A stretch of 63,642 bases of DNA, filler included, from Octopus bimaculoides (taxonomy: Eukaryota), in the NCBI RefSeq assembly GCF_001194135.2. It is 7 parts of 7 records of this genome, joined end to end, with 100 filler letters (N's around TTAATTAATTAA, not from the genome) between each part and the next. Parts side by side here need not be neighbours in the genome. Positions count along the whole stretch, not along the records: positions 40,967 to 51,310 come from NC_068983.1; positions 51,411 to 53,146 come from NC_069000.1; positions 53,247 to 54,424 come from NW_026323854.1; positions 54,525 to 57,567 come from NC_068984.1; positions 57,668 to 63,642 come from NW_026377118.1; 2 more parts are not named here. One strand, 5' to 3'. A program made the translations under genes and the position numbers. This document shows positions 50,461 to 63,642 of this stretch, one piece after another. Under the pieces are notes generated by a model. That model saw only the letters and a program-made list of their open reading frames with translations. It was not told where the DNA came from and did not search any database. Each line of letters opens with the position of its first letter. Positions within the stretch are counted from its first letter, which is position 1.

Positions 50461-51179
50461 TGAAAATAACGTAAACTATATAAAAAAAAGTGTTGAGATT
50501 ACCAGATCGTCCGATATTTATTCACTTTGGGTAGCGTCTTGTTCCTTACATTAACAATTTCATAGCTATCAGTAAGAAGACTGAAGAAATGACACATTCT
50601 GTCACCAGTGCGTACTAATTGGTTGGGAAGATTTGGTACCAAACCGCATGATTGAAAGAATTGGCTGGAGGAATTCATTCACTGAATGGATTCACAAACA
50701 AACACATCGGCTTAGAAATTATGTATCCCCCGATTTTCTGAGCTTTCTTGAATAATAGAAAGTGCCGTTCAGTATATAAAGAGTGGAAAGATCTTCAATG
50801 AGCAAATATATATGGCTTAGTTCTCATGAACTATACAAAAAAATATGTTGCTTTTTGTTATTTTCATTCATTTCGGGATATCAGTGATTGGAAATTTGAC
50901 ATCGTTCTTGCCAGCAGCTTATAACATATCTAACCCTGTTTAACGATAAAAGATACACTCGCGCACGTACATGCACGCTTACATGTATACATGCACTCAA
51001 ACGTACGCACGCATGCACACACATATACATGTGTGCATGTGAGTAAACATATGCATTTGAATATGTGCATACACACATACATATATACGCATATGTGCAC
51101 ACACACAAATACATGCCCAAAAACACGCTCATACACACTCACAGAAGCATATACCTAGTATAGCTACGCACATACTGGA

Positions 51180-51180
51180 G

Positions 51181-51214
<34 letters not shown>

Positions 51215-51290
51215 CATTTCTTTTATTAGCCACACAGGGCTCAACGAAGATGGGACAAATACAATGTAGAGCTTTTCTTTTTGGGAGGGG
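51180..51290 (-). mobile_element. 3' tail of the same (ATCT)n-tailed retroelement as 66-312
   Basis: Reverse complement gaaaagctctacattgtatttgtcccatcttcgttgagccctgtgtggctaataaaagaaatgtatct(atct)n. Confidence 0.7.
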
Positions 51291-52296
51291 GAAGGAAGGA
51301 AAAGCTCTACNNNNNNNNNNNNNNNNNNNNNNNNNNNNNNNNNNNNNNNNNNNNTTAATTAATTAANNNNNNNNNNNNNNNNNNNNNNNNNNNNNNNNNN
51401 NNNNNNNNNNATATATATACTTGCGCGCGCGCGTGTGCATGTTTGTGTGTATGTATGTGTGCGTATGAGTGTGTGTGAGTGTGTCCTTAAAGATATAGAG
51501 ATTTATTATGTATACCTATATCTAACCATATCCGACGCTAAAAATTTTGCTTTCTAATCACACTGTTCTGGAATCGATCCAGCATCGTGGAAACTATAAG
51601 ATCACTTAGTCGACTGAACTCATTAATCGCTTGAATGCGAGCTTTGTTTTTGTGAGCATGTGTGCAGTTGGAAGCCTAGAAGTGGCTATGGTGAAGTAGG
51701 TTTATGTATCCTTATGTGCGGTTGAGCAGATAAGATAAGGAGTTAGTAAGGTAAGGATTAGATTGAAAAATTTGATTCATATAACGCTCTATAACGTGTG
51801 CGTGTGTATTTATGTTTCTGTGTATACATGCACGTATATATGCATGTATATAAATTTAATTCACTATATATGGAATCAAGTAACACGTTAATACTCATAA
51901 AAATAGTTCCTTAATGTATCATTCTACAAAACATAGAATATATATAGCACAATACAAGAGAAAATGATAAGGACTGTATAAAGTCATGGTTTAATAAAAT
52001 TTCATTTAACAATAAGGAAATGCAAATATCACGAGAAATCGTTTCGTAATTTAAAAACATGCAGATCATTTAATAAGAAATAAATTATTTATATGCTTGC
52101 ATTAATGCAAAATGCAAAAAAGAATCCTTCAATATAATGCAGAATTTAAGTTACATCCTCAGGTAATTTATTTATTATTCAAAATAATGAATATAAATCA
52201 TTTATGTTTTTAAGTTATGAAACAATTTCTCGTGATATTAGATATTTCTTATTGTTAAATAAAATTTCATCAAACTATTTCTCTGTCACTTACGAC

Positions 52297-52378
<82 letters not shown>

Positions 52379-52434
52379 TGTATGCATGTATACACACACA
52401 CACAACACACAACCACCAACACAAACACACACAC

Positions 52435-52469
<35 letters not shown>

Positions 52470-52524
52470 TGTGTGTATATATATAGATAATATATATATG
52501 TGTATATGTATATATGTATATATG

Positions 52525-52555
<31 letters not shown>

Positions 52556-52608
52556 GCACATATATATGTGTGTGTATATATGTATATATATGTGTGTGTA
52601 TATGTATG

Positions 52609-52669
<61 letters not shown>

Positions 52670-53269
52670 TAATCAAGTATAAAATCGATATATCAGGTAG
52701 CTAGCATGTAAAAGCTTTTAGGTATAAATTAATGCAGAGCATGTAATTTTTTATAATAATTATGATAAGGGCAACTACATAGTTGTGCCACATGCTAGAA
52801 GAAGATGTCATATGTTTCTAAAACTACCTTATTTATCACATAGAAGCGGGCGAGGGAAATGAACGAAAAAGATTTAGGCATAGATCAATTGATTTCTAGT
52901 TCAGGGATATAACTCCCTTTATCCTCACCAGTATGACATAACCCAACGTACACAATTATAAACATTTACAGATACCATACAGACACAACGCATCTCCACA
53001 GCATCTACAAATGTTTGTATGAATATGTACGTTGAGGTATGTCAAACCTTCAGCCTATGGCTATCCGATAAATAACGTAATTTTAGAGTCATTTAACATT
53101 CTCTTCTCGCGCATGGCACCACCATGTAGTTGCCCGCTTTATATATNNNNNNNNNNNNNNNNNNNNNNNNNNNNNNNNNNNNNNNNNNNNTTAATTAATT
53201 AANNNNNNNNNNNNNNNNNNNNNNNNNNNNNNNNNNNNNNNNNNNNACCATTATTACCACTACTAATAC

Positions 53270-54185
53270 TATTATTTTTGTTCTTATTTTTATTTTCACA
53301 TAGTTTTAGGGAGGTAGAGGAAAATTTATGATTGCAAAAAGTGATTACCTCGATAAACTTATTCAAGGTTTTCGGCCCAAAAGACCTAAGAATGGAAAGG
53401 GATTCCCTAATGCATAATAAGCACTTGCTAATATTAGCCTTAAGTTGGGGGGTTCTAGATAAGATTGACCATTCAAGATAGTACTTCTTATTCTTCCTCT
53501 TGAGGTCATGCAGGTAAGAGGCGAGTGTTGTGGAATTATAATATTTCTCATTAGAAAAAGAGCTCATGTGCACCCTATACCTGGCTTTAAAATTCACAGA
53601 ACTTCCAATATAAAACTTATTTTGTTTGTCCTCGTCTCTAACTACACATTTATACACTATTTTTGTGGACAAACAAAGTCCGCCGAGAGGACATAAAGAA
53701 GGGTCCCTACAATTACATAATTTTTTACGGCCACCCTTAAAGTCATTTCCAACATCATTAACCGCCCTCAGAAATTTATTCTTATCAGCCATTCCATTTA
53801 TCTCATTCCCAGATTTAGGCATAATCCGAGGGAATGAAGAGCCCGTTCTACTATCGTTGTGTGGTTTACAGTTGGTTTTATTAGAAACAGGGTTTCCCTG
53901 AGAAGGACATTCGCATAGCTTTAACTTATTTATTTTATTCCTATTTAAAGAGGCAATAATGGATGCTAAATTTGGCATTCCAGAGTAGGAAAACTTAATT
54001 GTAGACCTGTTACAAATAATTTGGTTTTGTGGTTTATGATGTACTTCTTATATGTGGTCATTGGTGGGCTGTGGCTTTTTGAGCCGATGACCTAATGGTC
54101 TTATTCTACAATTAAATTTGTACCTTTGTCTCAACTAGTTTGAGCACTTCTTTTACAGCCTTGTATAAATTCTTGGTTTTCTAAT
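53270..54185 (-). mobile_element. Penelope-like element (Neptune-type) linker and GIY-YIG endonuclease
   Basis: NRSTIKFSYSGMPNLASII..CNCRDPSLCPLGGLCL..IVYKCVV..FYIGSS..FKARYRVHMSSF..STTLASYL..WSIL..CLLCIRE..CNHK; open reading from 53978 to the gap. Confidence 0.9.
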
Positions 54186-54225
54186 ACAAAACTATTAATA
54201 TTGAATAATATATATACATATATAT

Positions 54226-54385
54226 ACGATGGGCTTCTTTCAGTTTCCATCTACCAAATCCACTCACAAAGCTTTGGTCAGCCCGAGGCTATAGTAGAAA
54301 AAAGTTGCCCAAAGTTCCATGTAGTAGGTCTGAACCCAGAACCATGTGGTTGGGAAGCAGGCATCTTATCACATAGCCACATCTG
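54226..54385 (-). mobile_element. SINE family B, 5' half
   Basis: acgatgggcttctttcagtttccatctaccaaatccactcacaaagctttggtc..cacatagccac. Confidence 0.85.
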
Positions 54386-54524
54386 CTAAAAAGTTAAAAC
54401 ATTATATGGTGTTATTTCATAAAGNNNNNNNNNNNNNNNNNNNNNNNNNNNNNNNNNNNNNNNNNNNNTTAATTAATTAANNNNNNNNNNNNNNNNNNNN
54501 NNNNNNNNNNNNNNNNNNNNNNNN

Positions 54525-54555
<31 letters not shown>

Positions 54556-55024
54556 CATGAATGCGTGGGTATGTGAATGTCTGCGCATGTATGGGGAGGT
54601 GTGCGCTTGTACGTACGTGCGTTTATACTTTGTACATATACATGCGAATACATCAATATACGCATAGTTAATCGCTTAATATATGTTATATATTCATATA
54701 CGTATATGTAAGTACCTATGTACTTAAATATACGTATGTACGTACGTATGTCTGTGTATGCTCTTACATATGCATAAATATGCATGTGCGTATAAACGTG
54801 TTTATATATATATACACACGCACATATATATATATATATATAAACGTACATATATATATAGACGTATCTACAACATGGACATACTTACATCCAAGAGAAA
54901 CAGAGATGAAAAAGAGACGAGGAATTTTGATTTAAATTCTCAAATGACTTGTGAGATACTGCTACGATATGTTTCTGCGTTTGTGTATATAAGCGCATGC
55001 TCTTGTATACGTGTGTGAGTGTAG

Positions 55025-55070
<46 letters not shown>

Positions 55071-55239
55071 CTGAGTGTACGTGTGCATTTGTGTATGTGT
55101 GTGGGGGGGTTAGTGCATTTGCGAGCGTATACTAGTGTCTTTCTAATCTATGCGTTTGTTTTTGTATATGTGTGTAGTTGTGCGTGCCACGTATATGAAC
55201 CATGTATCTACGTGAATTCTAATGCGAAATAGACAGACT

Positions 55240-55292
<53 letters not shown>

Positions 55293-55369
55293 NNNNNNNN
55301 NNTATATACATATCTACTTTTGTCTATATATCAATTTATGTGTATACCTATATATATCTTTCTACATAT

Positions 55370-55405
<36 letters not shown>

Positions 55406-55447
55406 TAGATAGATAGATATGTATATGTGTATACATATCTCTGTGTG

Positions 55448-55980
55448 TATTATTGAGTGAGATATCAGCGCATGCCAATACTGGGGTACAAATATACGAA
55501 GCCCAATACACCCCTCATGACTACCCGCCTGATAAGGGTACACCAGGCACATGCATCACAACCATATATTTGCACAACGTGTTGGTCTCATATCAAGATA
55601 AACAGAGCATGATCTTGCAGGTGGGGGGGGGTCAAGCTAGAATTTTCTTCGAGTAGTCCATACCGCCCAAAACATCTCAAAATAAAGGTTATTTAAGGAT
55701 GATGAACCAAACACTCATGTTTCCAGAGGTAGGTTAATCAAATCCCAAATAATTCCCCTCAGCACATAGCTATGATGTTTCACCTCTACTCCCGTTCGTG
55801 ATCAGAGATGCACATATCGTCAGTCACATGCTCAACCAGGTATGGCCAAGCTGCTGACAAGCAAATCTGTGGTAGTGAACAGACTGTTTACTGCAACCCA
55901 TATTTTACACCATGGCAGAGCATGTACATGATAAGACTTCCAATCATTTAAGAAGTCATGAGAACCGTTGATAGGACTGC
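55448..55980 (-). mobile_element. Family E repeat, longer copy
   Basis: First ~100 bp match 9275-9378; continues as non-repetitive sequence of unknown class. Confidence 0.6.
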
Positions 55981-56053
55981 ATACGTATGTATGTATGCAT
56001 TTATGTATTTATGTGTGTATGCATGAATGCATGTATATGTATATGTTTCTAAC

Positions 56054-56380
56054 AGACCATGCCTTTCTTTTGCTGGGCTCAAATCTCATTGCGAACTCAT
56101 TTAAAATGAACCTCTACCATCTATTCTGCCTATATGTCTGTGCACACCTTTCAATGCCGTGTATGCCAATCTAACGAAGGCCTCAAAAGACATTATAAGA
56201 TCCACAAAGATCAGAATTTCTCAGCAGATCTTGGTGGTCCAAATCGGACATACAATCTATGCGGGTGCCTTTTCAATAAACTGTCTGGTTTAAAAAGTCA
56301 CATCAGATGCCATTATGGATCTAAGGTGTAAGTACAGGTGGTGGTTAGCCTCTGCATAAAAAGATAGACAACCACCATAC
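56054..56380 (+). pseudogene. Three degenerate tandem C2H2-like zinc fingers, probably a LINE C-terminus plus 3' UTR
   Basis: RPCLSFAGLKSH* / frameshift / FQCRVCQSNEGLKRHYKIH / NLCGCLFNKLSGLKSHIRCH*. Confidence 0.55.
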
Positions 56381-56749
56381 NNNNNNNNNNNNNNNNNNNN
56401 NNNNNNNNNNNNNNNNNNNNNNNNNNNNNNNNNNNNNNNNNNNNNNNNNNNNNNNNNNNNNNNNNNNNNNNNNNNNNNNNNNNNNNNNNNNNNNNNNNNN
56501 NNNNNNNNNNNNNNNNNNNNNNNNNNNNNNNNNNNNNNNNNNNNNNNNNNNNNNNNNNNNNNNNNNNNNNNNNNNNNNNNNNNNNNNNNNNNNNNNNNNN
56601 NNNNNNNNNNNNNNNNNNNNNNNNNNNNNNNNNNNNNNNNNNNNNNNNNNNNNNNNNNNNNNNNNNNNNNNNNNNNNNNNNNNNNNNNNNNNNNNNNNNN
56701 NNNNNTATATATATATATATATCATTTAATATACACATATTGTCTATAT

Positions 56750-56940
56750 GTGAGAATTTTTGGGGAGGGGGCCAGTCGTTTAGATCGACCTCAGTACGCA
56801 ACTGGTACTCAATTTATCGACCCCGAAAGGATGAAAGACGAAGTCGACCTCGGCGGAATTTGAACTCAGAATGTAAAGACAGACGAAATACCGCTGAGCA
56901 TTTTCGCCCGGCGTGCTAACGTTTCTGCCAGCTCGCCGCC
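56750..56940 (-). mobile_element. SINE family A
   Basis: tttatcgaccccgaaaggatgaaagacgaagtcgacctcggcggaatttgaactcag..gccagctcgccgcc. Confidence 0.95.
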
Positions 56941-57242
56941 CGAAAACACTTAAATATTGCCACAGCGATACCTACACAAAAGACAAACAGCACGCACAAC
57001 CGGCACCAAGAAACTGAAAGCAGACAACTGAGAAATACCACAAAACAATGCTCAACACACGCAACAAAAAGACGAAACGACAGCACATGTAATAAACCAC
57101 CTCTATTGCTATCGTTAGAACAACAATAACAACAATGGCACCAACTATTTAACCAACCCACTAACACTACGGCAAAACATTTCGCTACATCCATCAACGT
57201 TTCAAACCTATCTCTTCTGCCGCAACACTTTGTTACGCCATA

Positions 57243-57256
57243 GTTGCCATAGCAAC
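57243..57256. promoter_or_regulatory. RFX X-box-like palindrome
   Basis: GTTGCCATAGCAAC is one base from the canonical GTTGCCATGGCAAC and lies in non-repetitive sequence. Confidence 0.4.
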
Positions 57257-57533
57257 ATATCATCTGATTATTGATCTTTATATTGCTACTCATTCCCTCC
57301 ATCTTGTTTCGTTTTCTGTGTTGTTTTTGTTTGTTTTTTTATTTTTCCTGGTGTATTCTGTCATTTTAGATTTCAACTTCCGTTCGCAACATTTTTCTTC
57401 CTTTTTCCTTCTCCCTTCATCTCATTGCCACTTTCTTATCTATTCATTTATCTACACAGTTTCTCCTTTTCTGTACGTATATCAGCCTATATACGCTTGT
57501 ATACATACGTACATACATACATACATACATACA

Positions 57534-57567
<34 letters not shown>

Positions 57568-58000
57568 NNNNNNNNNNNNNNNNNNNNNNNNNNNNNNNNN
57601 NNNNNNNNNNNTTAATTAATTAANNNNNNNNNNNNNNNNNNNNNNNNNNNNNNNNNNNNNNNNNNNNTATATATATATATATATATTCAAAAATATACAT
57701 AGATAATCCTATAGAAGTAGTGACAGACACGGATAGAGAGAAATATATATAGATATAGATAAACAATATGCAACATGCACAAAGAATAACCCACAAATGG
57801 AAATTTATAAAAACTGCATAATGATGTAAGCATACGTAGAAATATAATAAATCACAGGTATGTGTGTGTGTATTTGTGTGCGTGTGTATGTATGTATATA
57901 TGTTTATATATAAATAAATATATATATATAGATTTAAGCATGTACACGCACACATGCATATACTTATATATGTATATACAAATAGATATATATAATATAC

Positions 58001-58055
<55 letters not shown>

Positions 58056-58075
58056 NNNNNNNNNNGCGGCTATGC

Positions 58076-58232
58076 TGGGGCACCGCCTTTAGTCGAGCAA
58101 ATCGACCCCAGGACTTATTCTTTGTAAGCCTAGTACTTATTCTATCGGTCTTTTTGCCTAACCGCTAAGTTACGGGGACGTAAACACACCAGCAACGGTT
58201 GTCAAGCGAAGTTGGGGCACAAATACAGACAC
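58076..58232 (-). mobile_element. SINE family B, 3' half
   Basis: gcggctatgctggggcaccgcctttagtcgagcaaatcgacc..gtcaagcgaagttgggg. Confidence 0.9.
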
Positions 58233-58243
58233 ACAAACATATG

Positions 58244-58283
<40 letters not shown>

Positions 58284-58745
58284 CATACAACATGTATATC
58301 AGTGCATATGCTCGTCTATATCAACAACTCAGGTTTTATAAATACAACAGCAACACGCACGCGCACACACGTGCATATTAATTATTATTCTCCCTCAAAA
58401 GAAAAAAAATGTTGAACTATATTATTAGATATTGTAATATTTACATGCTATAATCATTCATATACGCTGACAGAAACTAGTTTAATATTTAAAAAAAATT
58501 AAAGAGAATATTAAGTGATGTTATTTAATATTTGGTTTTCTCTAAATCTATTACTTAAAATTAAGTAACGATCACAAAAACTAGCAAATGAACAAATGTG
58601 CACGCAATATTTTATATTTTTCGTACCGTGTTTTGAAAATATGTAATAAATCTGAAAAAACGATCGCAGTAGACAGAAACACATGCACAAAGAACAATGA
58701 TACATATATACAAATATATGAATATATATACAGATTTGCACATAC

Positions 58746-58782
<37 letters not shown>

Positions 58783-59701
58783 TATATAAATGTGTGTATG
58801 TATGTGTGTGTGTATGTGGTCGTGCGTTAAGTAACAGTACATCTCAATCTATCTTAATCGAAATGTAACACAAAATGATAAAAAATAATTTGAGGTAATT
58901 ATCTATATGTGTTTACGTATATAGGTGTATATGTGTGCATACGTCTGTTGTGTGTTGTTGTGTGAATGGATATTTTATCATATATAATATGAACATATAT
59001 GTGCTATAATATACTTTAATACATACATGCATACACACGCATACACACNNNNNNNNNNNNNNNNNNNNNNNNNNNNNNNNNNNNNNNNNNNNNNNNNNNN
59101 NNNNNNNNNNNNNNNNNNNNNNNNNNNNNNNNNNNNNNNNNNNNNNNNNNNNNNNNNNNNNNNNNNNNNNNNNNNNNNNNNNNNNNNNNNNNNNNNNNNN
59201 NNNNNNNNNNNNNNNNNNNNNNNNNNNNNNNNNNNNNNNNNNNNNNNNNNNNNNNNNNNNNNNNNNNNNNNNNNNNNNNNNNNNNNNNNNNNNNNNNNNN
59301 NNNNNNNNNNNNNNNNNNNNNNNNNNNNNNNNNNNNNNNNNNNNNNNNNNNNNNNNNNNNNNNNNNNNNNNNNNNNNNNNNNNNNNNNNNNNNNNNNNNN
59401 NNNNNNNNNNNNNNNNNNNNNNNNNNNNNNNNNNNNNNNNNNNNNNNNNNNNNNNNNNNNNNNNNNNNNNNNNNNNNNNNNNNNNNNNNNNNNNNNNNNN
59501 NNNNNNNNNNNNNNNNNNNNNNNNNNNNNNNNNNNNNNNNNNNNNNNNNNNNNNNNNNNNNNNNNNNNNNNNNNNNNNNNNNNNNNNNNNNNNNNNNNNN
59601 NNNNNNNNNNNNNNNNNNNNNNNNNNNNNNNNNNNNNNNNNNNNNNNNNNNNNNNNNNNNNNNNTATGTATGTATGTATGTATGTATGTATGTATGTATG
59701 T

Positions 59702-59872
59702 ATAGGCGCAGGAGTGGCTGTGTGGTAAGTAGCTTGCTTACGAACTACATGGCTCTGGGTTCAGTCCCACTGCGTGGCACTTTGGGCAAGTGTCTTCTAC
59801 TATAGCCTCGGGCTGACCAAAGCCTTGTGAGTGGATTAGGTAGACGGAAACTGAAAGAAGACCGTCGTATAT
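59702..59872 (+). mobile_element. SINE family B, 5' half
   Basis: ggcgcaggagtggctgtgtggtaag..ggaaactgaaagaagaccgtcgtatat. Confidence 0.9.
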
Positions 59873-61096
59873 ATATATGAAGAATCTTATAAATGTAGGG
59901 GAAATATAGAAAAGCAACGGCATGTGCATGTCGCCATTTATTAATAGATATACATATGCACATATATATATATATATATGCAATCTACGTAGAAATGTAT
60001 TCTTCGACAACATGTAGCACATCCGTTTCTGGGAAACATTAAACATGAAAAACTTTCTAGTCGGTTCCTATTGTAAAGTAAATATAGGTTAAAGATAAAA
60101 CAATATTTGACAGAGACTAACTTTATACAGTATTAATACAGGAAAATTATATATAACTCAATGTTACATATTCAGGTATATATGTTTCTGAGTGTGTGTG
60201 TACATATGTGGGCGTATGGTTGATGCGGAAGGGAAATATTTATTTTGGCATACGTGGTGTATATAATATGTATGTGTGTGTGTGTGTATACAGGTGTGAT
60301 TGTATGTATGTGAAATTTTTCTATGTATTGCTATAATACATGTGTAATGCATACTGGCATAACTACTTTATGTACGCCTAACTTCGGATTTGTTTTCTTC
60401 TCACTTACCGAAAAATTAATATTCTTAAATGAAATTTTGAATCGATGCCTTTTCGAAGGTGTGAATTACGATTGTGTCGATAATATATATATATATATAT
60501 ANNNNNNNNNNNNNNNNNNNNNNNNNNNNNNNNNNNNNNNNNNNNNNNNNNNNNNNNNNNNNNNNNNNNNNNNNNNNNNNNNNNNNNNNNNNNNNNNNNN
60601 NNNNNNNNNNNNNNNNNNNNNNNNNNATTTCATAATTATTATTTTTCTTTATTATGATTGGGATCGTCCTCATTCTATGCTGTCTTTCGTTGTTTCTTTA
60701 TAACAAATTTTAAAAACGTATATTTTTGAATAATATTTCCTAAAAATATATTTTAAAATATAGTTTACATAATGCAATTATCTCAGACTTGTATACTCGA
60801 AAATATAGAAGGTGCAACATGCTTAAAATCTATGGAATTAGAGGTAACGAGTTCGAGGGCTTTGGGAGAAAATCATAAAAATCTCCTCCAAAAACACCAG
60901 TATATTTGTAATCTTAAGTCTCTGTAGAGCTTCATAATAAAAAAAAAATACTGTTAGAAAGTAATGAAGAAACAAATTCTGTAGGAGATGTCACCAAACG
61001 TAGATTTGCCATATGCATAATATACATGCACACACACATATATACAAAGCACATATTTTTGAACAAAAATAGGCGTGTGTCTAGCGAGCGAGCGAG

Positions 61097-61150
<54 letters not shown>

Positions 61151-61197
61151 GTCTGTCTATCTTCTATCTATCTATCTATCAGTTTGTCTGTCTGCCA

Positions 61198-61266
<69 letters not shown>

Positions 61267-61921
61267 AATGTAAGTATGTATGTATGTATTTATACAGAAG
61301 AAGATCATGCCCTCATATAGCGAATATTTTACCATTTTTCCTTTGATTAGCACAACGGTCCCATCCAATGTATATTTTCTTGAAAATTTTATCAAAAATG
61401 AATCTGAGAGTTTTGTGTTGCCCACTGTATTCGTGTGCATATATATATATATATTCACATACATTTAAACAAAGAGACATTACTAGTAACAGGTAATTTC
61501 TACACGCTAGGAGACAATCAAAACGACCGAAAAAAACACAAAATTTAAGTCATTTCAAAGGGAAGGAAAACAATAAATACTTTTACCTTGTATAAGCGCA
61601 TATGTAATTAAATTAATGATGCCCTAAACAGTTTTCACGATATGCCAAATGTGTGACACAGTGTTGGTGTCGTATTATTGTGACAACCGTAAACAAATGT
61701 CATCTCTGGTCCATATACAAGCTATACAAGCATATCTGTAAATGTATACCCCACGTATATATATATACATATATATACGGACACATGTATATACATATAT
61801 ATCGATATCTATCTTCCTACATATCTATATATGTATTTACATACACACGTATATATATATATATATATACGTGTGTGTGTGAATACATACACATAAATAT
61901 AGTGTGTGTTTTATATATACA

Positions 61922-61972
<51 letters not shown>

Positions 61973-62435
61973 GTACCTACCTACATACATACAAACATAC
62001 ATGCATACATACATGCACGCATACATATCTACATACATACATATAAATCAAGAAATATATGAAAGCAATTTCACATGAAACTGAAGAACTACTAAATTGA
62101 TAGTGAATTCGAAGTATACGTTTCTTCCTAATCTCCATCCTTGAACGATGAAAATTCAGGTGTTCGATACCAAGTGCAAAAAGCTGTCCCTAAATTAACG
62201 TGTATCTGGCAGAATATTTCAAAGACACGTGTATCTCTGATAATAATTGCTCACGCAAAATCAACGACATACTATGAGTGTGTGTGACAAAGCTGTACTT
62301 TACAATTACAAGTGCATATCACCCGACAGCCATACCGTTTCCGTCTATGCTACACAGTTAACTAACAAGGTGAACAAAAAGACTGAAGTGCACAACTAAA
62401 TTACAATGTGCGCACACACACACACACACACACAT

Positions 62436-62935
62436 TCTCTTTTTACTCTTTTACTTGTTTCAGTCACTTGAATGCGGCCATGCTGGAGCACCACNNNNNN
62501 NNNNCTTGTTTCAGTCACTTGAATGCGGCCATGCTGGAGCACCACCTATTTTAGTCGAGCAAATCGACCTCAGGACTTATTCTTTGTAAGCCTAGTACTT
62601 ATTCTATCGGTCCCTCTTTTTGTTTTGTTTTTTGTTTTCCCGAACCGCTAATTTACGGGGACGTAAACACACCAGCATCGGTAGTCAAGCGATGTTGGAG
62701 GGGGAGAAACACACACACAAACATATACACACGCATACATACAGACATATATATATATATATATATGTATACGACGGGCTTCCTTCGGTTTCCGTCTACC
62801 AAATCAACTCACAAGGCTTTGGTCGACCCGAGACTATAGTAGAAGACACTCGCCCAAGGTCCCACACAGTGGGACTGAACACAGAACCATGTGGTTGGTA
62901 AGCAAAATACTTACCACACAGCCACTCCTGCAGCG

Positions 62936-62936
<1 letters not shown>
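62436..62936 (-). mobile_element. SINE family B, full length
   Basis: Reverse complement of 23172-23585, with an internal microsatellite and a small assembly duplication around the 10-N gap. Confidence 0.9.
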
Positions 62937-62976
<40 letters not shown>

Positions 62977-63540
62977 TGTATATGAAAATATGTATAATTT
63001 TCTGTCGTTTGTACTGTAAGTTTCATCTATTATAACGATCTGTATATTTATATTTAAATATTCATCGTCTGAATGCCTACAGTCTTCGTTTTCTTTCTCT
63101 TTGCATGTATACACATATATAAATATGTTGTATATCAAACCCAAGCTGTAATATCTAAATTGTCTTATCCGCATAATTGTCCTCATATACATATGTACAT
63201 ATATTTATGTGTGTATGTGTATAAGCATATGTGTGTGTGTGAGTGCCTGTGGATGTGTATAAGTATATATATGTCCGTGCGTGTGTGTGTGTGTTTGTGT
63301 GTAACTAAATTACATTGTGCGTGGGTGTATAAACACAGACAGACTGGAAAAGTTGGTATATTTTTAATTCCACCTTGCACGTGTTTCTTTACAATATAGG
63401 AAATAATACATTACGGATATGAATATCAATATGCATAATATGTATATATATCTAGAAAAACATGTATGGGAAAACCCCCTTTAATTCCCTTTCTAAATAC
63501 CTTATTTATCTATATTTCCATCTTTCTATTTGTCTGTCTG

Positions 63541-63589
<49 letters not shown>

Positions 63590-63600
63590 TTACCTATATA

Positions 63601-63642
<42 letters not shown>

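Overview
AT-rich, gap-riddled animal genomic DNA saturated with microsatellites and transposon relics. The SINE families and repeat load look like an octopod cephalopod (Octopus); this rests on my recall of those repeats and was not verified by search. Six artificial 100-bp spacers (44 N + TTAATTAATTAA + 44 N) split the window into seven joined pieces, so adjacency across them is unproven. Nearly all ORFs in the track are microsatellite or N artefacts. The only host gene I can support is the first coding exon of a FABP-family gene on the minus strand (21013-21088, with TATA box and AG|GTGAGT donor), which the ORF track missed. The rest is mobile DNA: non-LTR relics of several clades (R4/Dong-like, CRE-like, HERO-like, L1/Tx1, RTE, Penelope GIY-YIG), mariner/Tc1, Tigger and hAT elements, and at least four tRNA-derived SINE families that swap modules. 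The most unusual signals are several minimal hammerhead-ribozyme-like motifs (best at 6354-6399; two in tandem at a ~230-bp fold-back, 35251-35520), an Hsmar1-like mariner, a three-layer nested insertion, and inverted SINE pairs in the probable FABP intron. I found no convincing wholly new biological system; the hammerhead-bearing small elements are the best lead.
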